Origin: Macrostomum hystrix
Taxonomy: Eukaryota > Animalia > Platyhelminthes
Reading direction: 5' to 3'
NCBI GenBank assembly: GCA_950097015.1
Contig: CATNEN010000008.1
Span: forward strand, 4,340,001 to 4,404,000
DNA: 64,000 nt
Part shown: positions 27,001 to 37,092 of the stretch, in pieces
Layout: the number at the start of each line of letters is the position of its first letter
How positions within the stretch are numbered: the stretch's first letter is position 1
Position numbers and translations under genes: made by a program
Notes under the pieces: model-generated
Database searches by the model: none
What the model was told of the DNA's origin: nothing
What the model saw: the letters and a program-made list of their open reading frames with translations, nothing else

Positions 27001-30000
27001 CAAGTTGGGATTTCCGCAGATTGGGGATTCTGTCAAGTTGGGATTTCCACAGATTGGGGATTCCGTCAAGTTGGGATTTCCGCAGATTGGGGATTCCGTC
27101 AAGTTGGGATTTCCGCAGATTGGGAATTCCGTCAAGTTGGGATTTGCGCAGATTGGGAATTCCGTCAAGTTGGAATTTCCGCAGATTGGGAATTCCGTCA
27201 AGTTGGGATTTGCGCAGATTGGGAATTCCGTCAAGTTGGGATTTGCGCAGATTGGGAATTCTGTCAAGTTGGGATTTCCTCAGATTGGGGATTCCGTCAA
27301 GTTGGGATTTGCGCAGATTGGGAATTCCGTCAAGTTGGGATTTGCGCAGATTGGGAATTCCGTCAAGTTGGGATTTGCGCAGATTGGGAATTCTGTCAAG
27401 TTGGGATTTCCGCAGATTGGGAATTCCGTCAAGTTGGGATTTGCGCAGATTGGGAATTCTGTCAAGTTGGGATTTCCGCAGATTGGGAATTCCGTCAAGT
27501 TGGGATTTGCGCAGATTGGGAATTCCGTCAAGTTGGGATTTGCGCAGATTGGGAATTCTGTCAAGTTGGGATTTCCGCAGATTGGGAATTCCGTCAAGTT
27601 GGGATTTGCGCAGATTGGGAATTCTGTCAAGTTGGGATTTCCTCAGATTGGGGATTCCGTCAAGTTGGGATTTGCGCAGATTGGGAATTCCGTCAAGTTG
27701 GGATTTGCGCAGATTGGGAATTCCGTCAAGTTGGGATTTGCGCAGATTGGGAATTCTGTCAAGTTGGGATTTCCGCAGATTGGGAATTCCGTCAAGTTGG
27801 GATTTGCGCAGATTGGGAATTCTGTCAAGTTGGGATTTCCGCAGATTGGGGATTCCGTCAAGTTGGGATTTCCGCAGATTGGGAATTCCGTCAAGTTGGG
27901 ATTTGCGCAGATTGGGAATTCTGTCAAGTTGGGATTTCCTCAGATTGGGGATTCCATCAAGTTGGGATTTGCGCAGATTGGGAATTCCGTCAAGTTGGGA
28001 TTTGCGCAGATTGGGAATTGTGAAGGAAACGATCAAGTTGAGGAATCTAATGGTGTTTCAAACAGGACACAACAGCACTGCCAAGACCAATATAAACTTA
28101 TTCTTGCTATAGGGAGCATAATGAAAATGCTAGATAATATAAATGGTAAAGACTAACAACACAAACGAAAAGACAGACAGACAAGAAAAATATGAAAACA
28201 AATAAATAACAAAGGCTGAGATGTTTTGAAATATGACACTAAAAGAAATGCAAGTTTTACTGGAATTTTAAAAAAATTAATATAATAACAGAGAAACTAA
28301 AAAGGCTAGGCTTAGGGGCACAGCTCGATGACCACCTAAAGAACAAAACATATTATGATAATCCGGCACATTTAACACAATTGGTTGAGAAGCGACAAGC
28401 ACACACAGCACTAAAATAGTGATAACCGAAATATGAAGGCGAATATTGACTTACCTGTGTTCTCCTGCAGCGTCTTTGGTGTATTCGTCCTGTTGATTAT
28501 GTCCGTGAGAGGGTCTATGATCTTCTCAACGTAGGGCTGAATTTCAGAGCCTGTTGTAGTGAGGGTTAATGAGCGGGTAATGACCAACCTAAAATAAACT
28601 GCGACAGATGGCTAATGACCAACCAAAAATACTTTTTGACAGATGGGTAATGACCAACCTAAAAACACAGGGACAGAAGGGTAATGACCAACCTAAAAAA
28701 CACAGGGACAGAAGGGTAATGACCAACCTAAAAAACACAGGGACAGAAGGGTAATGACCAACCTAAAAAACACAGGGACAGAAGGGTAATGACCAACCTA
28801 AAAAACACAGGGACAGAAGGGTAATGACCAACCTAAAAACACAGGGACAGAAGGGTAATGACCAACCTAAAAAACACAGGGACAGAAGGGTAATGACCAA
28901 CCTAAAAAACACAGGGACAGAAGGGTAATGACCAACCTAAAAAACACAGGGACAGAAGGGTAATGACCAACCTAAAAAACACAGGGACAGAAGGGTAATG
29001 ACCAACCTAAAATACACTGGGTTAGGATGACCGAGCAAACAGTTTAGGAACAAAAAGAACGAGAAACAAACCCAGCCTAATGGAGATCTCGCCAATGGCC
29101 CAGATGGCATTGTTGCAAACGCTGATATTGACAGGATTGAGGTTGGTAGCAAGCACCACCAGGAAGTTGCCAACCACAGGTCTGAGTTGGCTGAAGCAGG
29201 CCTTGCTGAGATCGCCCAACAGGGCGAAGGCACTCTGCCTGACAATAGGCTGAGAGTCCTGCATGCAATGGAACAGCAGGTCAAGGATGGAAGATCCCTG
29301 CACCAGTGGCTGAATCTCGGAGCCCAGGCCTTCGGCCACGCCGCTAAGTAGATCAAGGCTGACTATCATGAAGTCTTTATCTGGAGCCTCGTTGGCTTCC
29401 GGATTATGGTAGTGCAGCTGCTGCTGGCGCAGGGTACCCTCCACAAGGCGGACACAGCGCCTGCAGAATTGTAGAGAATAAACAATGCAATTAAAAGTTT
29501 CGTTAGCTTTCGTGCTATGAGTATTTTGTGGTTGAAATATTGGGGTCTGGCTGGGATCGAAACAGTTTTGCTCAGCTAAATTTGGGATTGAAACTTTTGG
29601 GATCAATTTAATTTAGGATTGGAACTTTTGGGATCAATTTAATTTAGGATTGAAACTTTTGGGATCAATTTAATTTGGGATTGAAACTTTTGGGATTAAT
29701 TGAATTTGTGATTAAAACTTTTAAGATCAATTGAATTAGGGATTAAACTTTTGGGATCAATTGAATTAGGGATTGAACTTTTGGGATCAATTGAATTAGG
29801 GATTGAAACTTTATGGATCAATTGAATTTGGGATTGAAACTTTTGGGATCAATTGAATTTGGGATTAAAACTTTTGGGATCAATTGAATTAGGGATTGAA
29901 ACTTTTGGGATCAATTGAATTTGGGATTGGAACTTTTGGGACCAATTGAATTGACGATTGAGACTTTGGGATCCGTTGAATTCACGATTGGGACCTTGGG

Positions 30001-33000
30001 ATCAGTTGAAGTGAGAATCGAAACTTTGGGATCAGTTGAATTGAGGATCGAATCTTTGGGATCAGTTGAATTTGATTTCGAATCTTTGTGATCAGTTGAA
30101 TTGCGGATCAAAACTTTGGGATCAGTTGAATTAAGAACCTAAAAATTGGAATCATTCAAATACGAAGTAAAAATTTCGTGATTAGATAAAATTAGAGCAG
30201 AGTTGAAGATCGGCAGATGAATCAATGATTAGAGCCCTAAAGTCTTAAAGATAAGATAAAATGTTAAAGCTTTTTATAATCAGACTAATAATGAGGATAG
30301 AAATACTGGGATCATATAAAATTGGATTATAAACTTTTGGTTCAGTTAAATTGGAAATTAGAACCGGGTTAATAACATGGACTAGGAATTGAAACTTTTA
30401 GATCAGATGAATCCATAACTACTCGTATGTAAATTAAGTTGGACTTTTAAAGTATACTTTCTCATCATTGAGGTTGGAAAAGTACGAGTGCACAGTGGAA
30501 CAGCCCGAGTCCCATTAGTATATGATATTTGACTAACCACAGCATCGCCATGCGACAGGGTGTGGCAATTGGATAGGAAGGAAATGAGAAATAGCAAAAA
30601 CGCTGACCGAAAGCTTCTGGCGGACTTGAAGCGGTCTCAGTTTTCATTAAATATAATATTCGCGTCACTACTAACTTGATGACTCATCTACTATCCTTAA
30701 TGCATCTATTTATATATGGCTTTCTAAATCATATTTTACAAATGCTAAGCTATCAGAATCACAGGTTCTGACATGCCACTCAAATGCTTCACTAACGTAA
30801 AATTACTCAGCGAATAGTACGAGTACAATAGTAAAATTACAATTACTCTACCTAATGAACCAATAGGCAGAAAAGAGGGGAAGATAGGGGAGAGAGGAGG
30901 AGACACAAGGGAGAGAGGAAGGAAAGACTGGGGAGAGGGGAAGGGGAGACAGGGGAAAGGAAGGTGAGACAGGGGAGAGAGGTAGGGAGACAGGGGAGAG
31001 AGGTAGGGAGACAGGGGAGAGAGGTAGGGAGACAGGGGAGAGGAAGGTGAGACAGGGGAGAGAGGAAGGGGGACAAGGCAGAGAGGTAGGGCCCCGTAGG
31101 GGAGACAGGGGAGAGAGGTAGGGGAGACAGGGGAGAGGTAGGGGAGACAGGGGAGAGGAAGGGGAGACAGGGGAGAGGAAGGGGAGACGAGAGAGAGAGA
31201 GAGGAAGGGAAGACGGGAGAGAGGAAGAGGAGACAGGGAAGAAGAGGAAGAAAGAAGAGAGCTTGAGGTACAGAGTGGAGAGGTAGAGAGAGACTGGTGA
31301 GGGGGAAGGGGAGACAGGGAAGAGGAGGAAGAGAACGCGAATATATTTTAAAGAAAAAAAATAATATTTGAGCAGACTCACGCAAACACCGGGCTGCAGT
31401 AGGGCAGGAATCCGATGCCTAGAGCTGTAGCCAGACTGCTCAGGCACTCCAACAGAGGGAATAGATCTTTGTCGTCGTCGCGAAGACTCTCCCACTTTTG
31501 AAACAGCCTTGGCATGAGCAGCTGAACGAATGCCTCCTGATTGAGATGGCTTCCAACCGAGTCAGCCAAAGTGCCGATGGCATCGTACAGAATAAGCAGA
31601 TTCTTGTGCTGGTATTGTTGGAATGCGCAGACCAGAGTCTGCACAATGTCACTCAGGTAGGGCACCAGATCTGTGCAGGTCTCCTCTTCCAAAGTGGCAA
31701 ATGCCGAACAGGCGGCCTCCTGAACTCGCTTGTTGCTATCCAGGATTCGATTCAACAGTTCGTAAAGTAGCGGCTTCAAGTGGAGCTCATGCGATTGGGC
31801 CACAATCCAATGTGCGTAGCGCGACAGAGTCCAACAGGTGATGGAGCGAACCAGAGGCTTGGCGTGCTGCAGGCAGGTCAGCAATAGGCGAAATAGTTCA
31901 GGCAGGTAGGCGGTGACACCTTGGAGGCAGCCCTCGGCAACAGCGCCAAGGATTAGTATGCCCGACTCCTTGACATCCCATCGCTCGCTGAGCAGTGTAT
32001 CCTTGAGTATAGGCAGCAGGTGCTCAAGTAGTTCATCTCTGAACACATTCGCCAGCACGTCTAAGGCGGCAGCCGAGCATTTTCTCAGATTCCAGCTGCT
32101 CAGAATGTCGTCGCCGCCGCCTGAGTCGTCCGCATCGCCGGAGTCGCCTAGCAACAGCAGATCCTGCTGTTGGACATTGTCCAAGCCGCCTGCAGCTTCG
32201 GCATCGTCCTCGCCAGCGGCGCCAGCGCAGTCGTGCAGCTGCTGGGCAGCCAGCTTTGAGCGGCTCTTGTGAAAGCGCGGCCTAATGTCACTCTCGCGAT
32301 CCGGAATGTGAGCATCGTCTCGATTCTCCAGTTCTAGAGCTTCCAGTTCGTTGTCTGAGTACTTCATGCCTCTGCAGAGGACCGGGATCAGCTTGGGCAG
32401 GTAGGGCCGCAGCAGGTCCTGGCAGTTGGGCTGAAAATGGGGATTTTAATATAAGGATTAAGTAGACGTAGGAAAACTACCTGATAGGATCAAAATCTGG
32501 AGATTGACAATCTTGGGATAAGTGAGATCAGAATCAGGGAATAAGTGGGATCAGTACCTCGGAATAAGTGGGATCAGAATCAGGGAATAAGTGGGATCAG
32601 TATCTGGGAATAAGTAGGATCAGAATAAGGGAATAAGTGGGATCAGAATCAGGGAATAAGTGGGATCAGAATAAGGGAATAAGTGGGATCAGAATCAGGG
32701 AATAAGTGGGATCAGTACCTGGGAATAAGTGAGATCAGTACCTGGGAATAAGTGGGATCAGAATCAGGGAATAAGTGGGATCAGTACCTGGGAATAAGTG
32801 GGATTACATTTCAATGGAATCACATGGGGATAAATTGGATCCTAATCTGGATAAGTGAGATCACAACTTAGGAATATATGGGATAACAATCTAGGGATAA
32901 AGGGAATTATAATCTGGGGATAAATAGGATCCATATAAAATTGATTTCAGAATAAGTACAGGATAGTGTTAGTGTCTGCTCACCTGATCAGCAATGGCCA

Positions 33001-35684
33001 GCCACAGTTCGCAAGCCTCCTGTGCAACAAATTCGTCCGAATCCTGAGTCCGGATGAGCATAAACTCCAATATGCTGGTCATGTAGGGCAGCAGGTAGCC
33101 CATGCGAGAGTCAACTAGCAGTACAAGGGCTGAGCACACCTGCTTCCGGACCTCAGTATCCGTGTCCTCGGCTAATCGGAATACGCTCTCTAACAGGCGC
33201 TCCAGGTACTGCATAGGAGCCTGAGAATGCCCGCCGATGAACTGATTGATGCAGCCTAGCGCCAGGGACCGGACCTTAGGGGAAGAGAGAAGGAATTTCA
33301 GAGTTTTCAGTATCGACTCAGAAAGATTTATTATTAGAACAATCAATTTAGAACTAAGAATGAAAGCATTCTTGTCTTGCTATGTTAAAAACATTTAAGC
33401 GAAAAAGTTTTTTAACCTTTTTAATTTTTATTAGATCACAAAATATTACTAAAATCCCATTGAAATCCCAAAACAAAAAATCACTTTAACCAAAATCCTA
33501 AAATGAGAACAGCGAAGTTAAAAAATACCTTAGCACTTCGATGGCCAGTGAAATCAATAAACTTTGGAATGAGCACACTCAATGGCTGAGACACAGGCGT
33601 GTCCTCCAATTGCTGCTTAGAGTCCTCGCAGATTTTGTGCATAGCGCTAAACGCGCCTTCAACTAGGTGATCATCGCCAGAGTCTAGGCTAGCGAGTAGG
33701 CTGGGCAGTAGGTCGGGCCAGGATTCCAATCGTGCTTTAGACACTACAGTGGTGATGATGGTGCCCACAGTGGAGCGTATCAGTGAGGACCGATCGCCAA
33801 GGCAGGATAGGCAGGCTCGTTTGACACATTCGACTACTTCGGCTGGGTACAACTGGTAGTGATTCTTGATGTTGTTCTTCAGGATCAGACCGGCCATAGA
33901 TCGATTGGTCTCATCTGGGAAAGGGAAATATTTGAGTAGGGCTAAGATTATGGGATTCCATAAGATTAAAATGACTTTCCTCTTAATAAAAATTAAAAGA
34001 AAAATGTTTAGTCTTTCAAGATCTTGATTTGAGTTATCACTCAATTAAGATAATAGTGCTAGCAGCCTATAAAATGCAGGGTCTTACCTTGAGATGGCAA
34101 CTGAAGAATATATGCCAAGTAATTATTGAAATCAGGAATCTGGTTGAGCTCATTGAGTTTCTAAAATTGTAGGTTTTTTAATTTATAAAACACCTTAAAT
34201 GGCTCTAGTTACATTTGAATTTGAATGAGTACTAAATTATAATGAATAACAATTGCAATGAAAAAAATTAGTAAAGTTATAATTAGAGCTTATTATTGCT
34301 TTATTTTGCTATCTAAAGCTAAAAACAGTTCTATTTTTATCATTTTTAACATAGTTTTTTATACAAGCTTGCCCTATTTATATCTTGACATATAAATGGA
34401 AATGAAAGCTATTTTCTGTCTAAATAATGCTACAATATATATTTTTACATAATGAAGTTAGCGGTCGACCAAGTTAGCTAGCTATATTTATCTAACTATA
34501 TACCCATATATAGCTATAGAGATAGGCCATATACCTAGCAGAATAGCTATAATGATTGTAAATAGGAAATATATTACAACAAAACAAACATCTCCTTAGA
34601 AATAAAAAATAAATTTTATGACTACAATGAGTACAAATGACTTTCATTAACTGTTTTGGCCATAAAAACTTTAGCATCAAATCATTTAAGCCTACTTGAA
34701 AAGAGTTTGCATATCACATTAACAATTTCAATGTACTATTGAACTTTAAAACTGGAAAACTATACACTTTAAGCAGTAAATCAATTGATCTCAAATTTAA
34801 TTTGAGATCAAAGGCTATTTAATCTAAGGCCATTTAATTTTTTAAGTAACATAAGAAGTGTGGATTACACTGATGCATTAGCAATTCTATATTTGCAACA
34901 CTAAATATAAAGAGTTATAAGCAAATTTCATTAGCATTTTTACTTTCTGTGCAGCTTACTTTTCAAAATAAATGATAATTATAATAGAGTATAGAAAAAC
35001 TATATAGAAAAACTAGATTTGAATAATAAATTGAAAAAAGAAGTGGTTGATAATAATATTAATATATTCTATTGTCATGAATTAAAAAGTAAACAAAAAA
35101 ATCACACATCACAAATAAAATCACATAGCTAATTAAACTGCCTTTAAGAATATGGTAAGTTGACAAAACAGATATTAGAAGCTAAGCCAAAATGTAATTG
35201 CACAAAAAATGGTATGGCAATCACAATAGAAAAAAAATTCCCCATTATAATAACAGTTTTTGGTCATAGCTTCTCCATCATAGCTACATCTTAGCCGCAA
35301 GCTAAGCTCAAATTCTAGCCAGTTACAAATTAGTCTTAGTGTTTTTTGAGATTTATTTTAGAGATTATTTTAATTTGAGCATGAAAATTTATTTTATCCA
35401 TACTGATGTATATATCGAAAAAGATGCTAAAGTAAAAAAATACCAAAAACCACTAGGTTTTATAATTTAGATATAAAAAACAAGGCAAATTAGATGTTAG
35501 CAACCACATTGATGACTTGATATCGTCTATTAAACTATAAGAAAAACATCATGTAAGTTTAAAAAGTTATCTGACAAACACATACCTGGTGAACTTGCTT
35601 TTGAACTGCTGAATCTGCTGTTTTAGACTGATTCAAAAGAATTAGCACTTGTTCTAAGCTTGCTGGGTCGGGATTCCAGGACAT
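23895..35684 (-). CDS. TNPO1: Transportin / karyopherin-beta2 (importin-beta family), spliced CDS of 10 exons, 2742 nt, about 913 aa
   Basis: join complement(35586-35684, 34088-34160, 33529-33914, 32984-33274, 31382-32430, 29072-29460, 28455-28550, 26041-26116, 24733-24907, 23895-24002). All introns are GT-AG and all phases are compatible. Motifs [46 protein letters not shown] and [18 protein letters not shown] match transportin as recalled. An upstream in-frame ATG lies at 35693. TNPO1 versus TNPO2 cannot be resolved. Confidence 0.96.
24131..24662. repeat. 24-bp minisatellite TTTGACTCACTAGCTGACCTACTA in transportin intron 9, about 22 copies
   Basis: Direct tandem periodicity. Shares TGACTCACTAG with variants of the adjacent array. 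Confidence 0.95.
24733..24907 (-). CDS. TNPO1: Transportin exon 9 ([19 protein letters not shown]...EMFHK)
   Basis: Acceptor CTGCAG, donor GTAGG. Confidence 0.94.
25080..25395. repeat. About 57-60-bp dimeric repeat built on CCAAGGTCACGGG, transportin intron 8
   Basis: About 4-5 imperfect copies. Confidence 0.85.
26041..26116 (-). CDS. TNPO1: Transportin exon 8 ([24 protein letters not shown])
   Basis: Acceptor TTGTAG, donor [13 protein letters not shown] motif across the junction. Confidence 0.92.
26543..28019. repeat. 33-bp minisatellite TGGGATTTGCGCAGATTGGGAATTCCGTCAAGT, about 45 copies, transportin intron 7
   Basis: Direct tandem periodicity. Confidence 0.97.
28455..28550 (-). CDS. TNPO1: Transportin exon 7 ([31 protein letters not shown])
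   Basis: Acceptor ACAACAG, donor GTAAGT, NTPKTL motif. Confidence 0.92.
28575..29012. repeat. 34-35-bp minisatellite GGGTAATGACCAACCTAAAAAACACAGGGACAGAA, about 13 copies, transportin intron 6
   Basis: Direct tandem periodicity. Confidence 0.95.
29072..29460 (-). CDS. TNPO1: Transportin exon 6 (RCVRLVEG...[16 protein letters not shown]...EISIRL)
   Basis: Acceptor TTCTGCAG, donor GTTTGT. Lies within ORF 29022-29606. Confidence 0.94.
29575..30135. repeat. About 31-bp degenerate repeat AATTGAATTAGGGATTGAAACTTTTGGGATC, transportin intron 5
   Basis: Imperfect tandem periodicity. Confidence 0.88.
30880..31330. repeat. GA-rich low-complexity repeat (GAGACAGGGGAGAG-type), transportin intron 5
   Basis: Purine-rich tandem units. 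Confidence 0.88.
31382..32430 (-). CDS. TNPO1: Transportin exon 5 (includes the H8 acidic loop and central HEAT repeats)
   Basis: Acceptor TTTTCAG, donor GTGAGT. Overlaps ORF 31378-32367. Confidence 0.96.
32515..32810. repeat. 23-bp minisatellite GGGAATAAGTGGGATCAGAATCA, transportin intron 4
   Basis: About 12 copies, with degenerate copies continuing to about 32930. Confidence 0.9.
32984..33274 (-). CDS. TNPO1: Transportin exon 4 ([12 protein letters not shown]...WLAIADQ)
   Basis: Acceptor CCCTAAG, donor GTGAG, 97 codons. Confidence 0.93.
33529..33914 (-). CDS. TNPO1: Transportin exon 3 ([15 protein letters not shown]...HRSAK)
   Basis: Acceptor TTTCCCAG, donor GTATT. Lies within ORF 33481-34044. 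Confidence 0.93.
34088..34160 (-). CDS. TNPO1: Transportin exon 2 ([24 protein letters not shown])
   Basis: Acceptor TTTTAG, donor GTAAG, PDFNNYL motif. Confidence 0.92.
35586..35684 (-). CDS. TNPO1: Transportin exon 1 ([33 protein letters not shown])
   Basis: ATG at 35684, donor GTATG, phase 0. Similar to the transportin N-terminus. Confidence 0.85.
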
Positions 35685-36606
35685 GATAACCATTGCTCAA
35701 GTATGAAAGGAACAAAGCGAAAGATAAGATTTGTTCTTTTCTGTTCGCTTTGAAGCTCAAAATAAATATTTAAATAAATAGTTAAAACAAACTACGATGA
35801 CATTTGCCCAAGGACTGTATTTAGGAAGTAATTGCGTCAAAATTTTCAAATGCAATTATTTTTTATGCCTTTGAAGAGCATTTTAACTTAACATAATTTG
35901 CTAGCCACTGTAACTATGATAATTGCTCGTAATTCGAAGTAGAATCATCTATATCTTTTTCGTTGCTTTCATAGGGGCTCGATTCCGCTGGTGTCTTCAA
36001 AAGAACGATATATATCAGTAATATTATATACATTTGTTATTTAATATTTTGAACAATGCACTCTTACTTGTGTAGCTTATGTACACACGATATATACAAT
36101 CAAAGTATATTTTACCATGAATATCATATTTGTCCCTGTTTTTGCATTAACAAGGGGCGTCAAAATCGAAAAGAAGAAATATATATTGTACATTTATATA
36201 TTTAATATATATTATACATACATAATTTTCAGAGACATTAGTTATCAATGATTCTTCTCTGTATGTGAACCTACGTATATAATTTATGACCTGATTTCAT
36301 GCACTTACAAAAAGTTTTCACAAAAAGTTTTTGTGCTACACAAACTCAGGAATTCAAAATCCTCTGAGACAATAGGACTCACACAATAAGACTCACGACT
36401 CATTGATTGGAGCAGTATTGGTTTATATATTTAACGCCATATTTTATTAATACAAATGTAACTTATTTTAGGAAGTAGAATAAGTATTTTTGGAATTTAT
36501 TTTTTTATAAATGTTTACTTTGTAATAGAGGTATTTTTGTAATCACGCATTCTAATCTAATACAGTTTAGCCTAATTGCTACTTCTGCTTACTACCTTCG
36601 AGTCTC

Positions 36607-36641
36607 TACTAACCACATTAAAATTAAAACTGAAATTTCAG
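36607..36641 (+). other. Branch point and 3' splice acceptor upstream of the tektin ATG (5'UTR intron or trans-splice site)
   Basis: TACTAAC at 36607-36613, followed by TTTCAG at 36636-36641, 37 nt before the ATG. Confidence 0.55.
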
Positions 36642-36672
36642 CAGCAATAATAATCACATTTCACTAGCTATT

Positions 36673-36686
36673 ATCACCATGGCAAC
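36673..36686. promoter_or_regulatory. Candidate RFX X-box overlapping the tektin start codon
   Basis: ATCACCATGGCAAC fits the RYYNYYATRRNRAC X-box consensus. It may be a coincidence of Kozak context plus Met-Ala-Thr codons. Confidence 0.4.
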
Positions 36687-37092
36687 AGAGACGAAACCAA
36701 CCCAGAAATACCAGCCGGTGGACTGGTTCACCAACGCCTACGCCATCTCGTCTAACGCCGAGCGTCAGCGGGAAGCCTCCGATCAGGTGCGCCAAGAGGC
36801 TCGCTTCCTGCGCAATGAGACCGACAACAAAACTAAATGGGACCAGCATGACAACAACACCCGACTGGCCGACCGCATCGACGTCATTCGCAAGTGGAAG
36901 GAGATTCTCGACCAGACCTTGGGCGAGTTGGACGCCGAGATTGCCAAACTGAGCGAATCCAAGGAGCAGACAGAGGAGGCCCTGGAGCGCAAGAATCTGC
37001 CCACGGACACTGTCAACGAATGCCTGACGGTGCGCGACGGTCGCCGCAGCATCGACAATGTGGAGGACGAGATTGAACATCAGCTGCGCAAG
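36679..37092 (+). CDS. TEKT2: Tektin-2 exon 1
   Basis: accATGg start, donor AAG|GTGATT, 138 codons. Confidence 0.93.

Noticed and set aside
26342-28156. 517-564-aa ORFs as genes
   Set aside because: They lie inside transportin intron 7 and are translations of a 33-bp unit in several frames at once.
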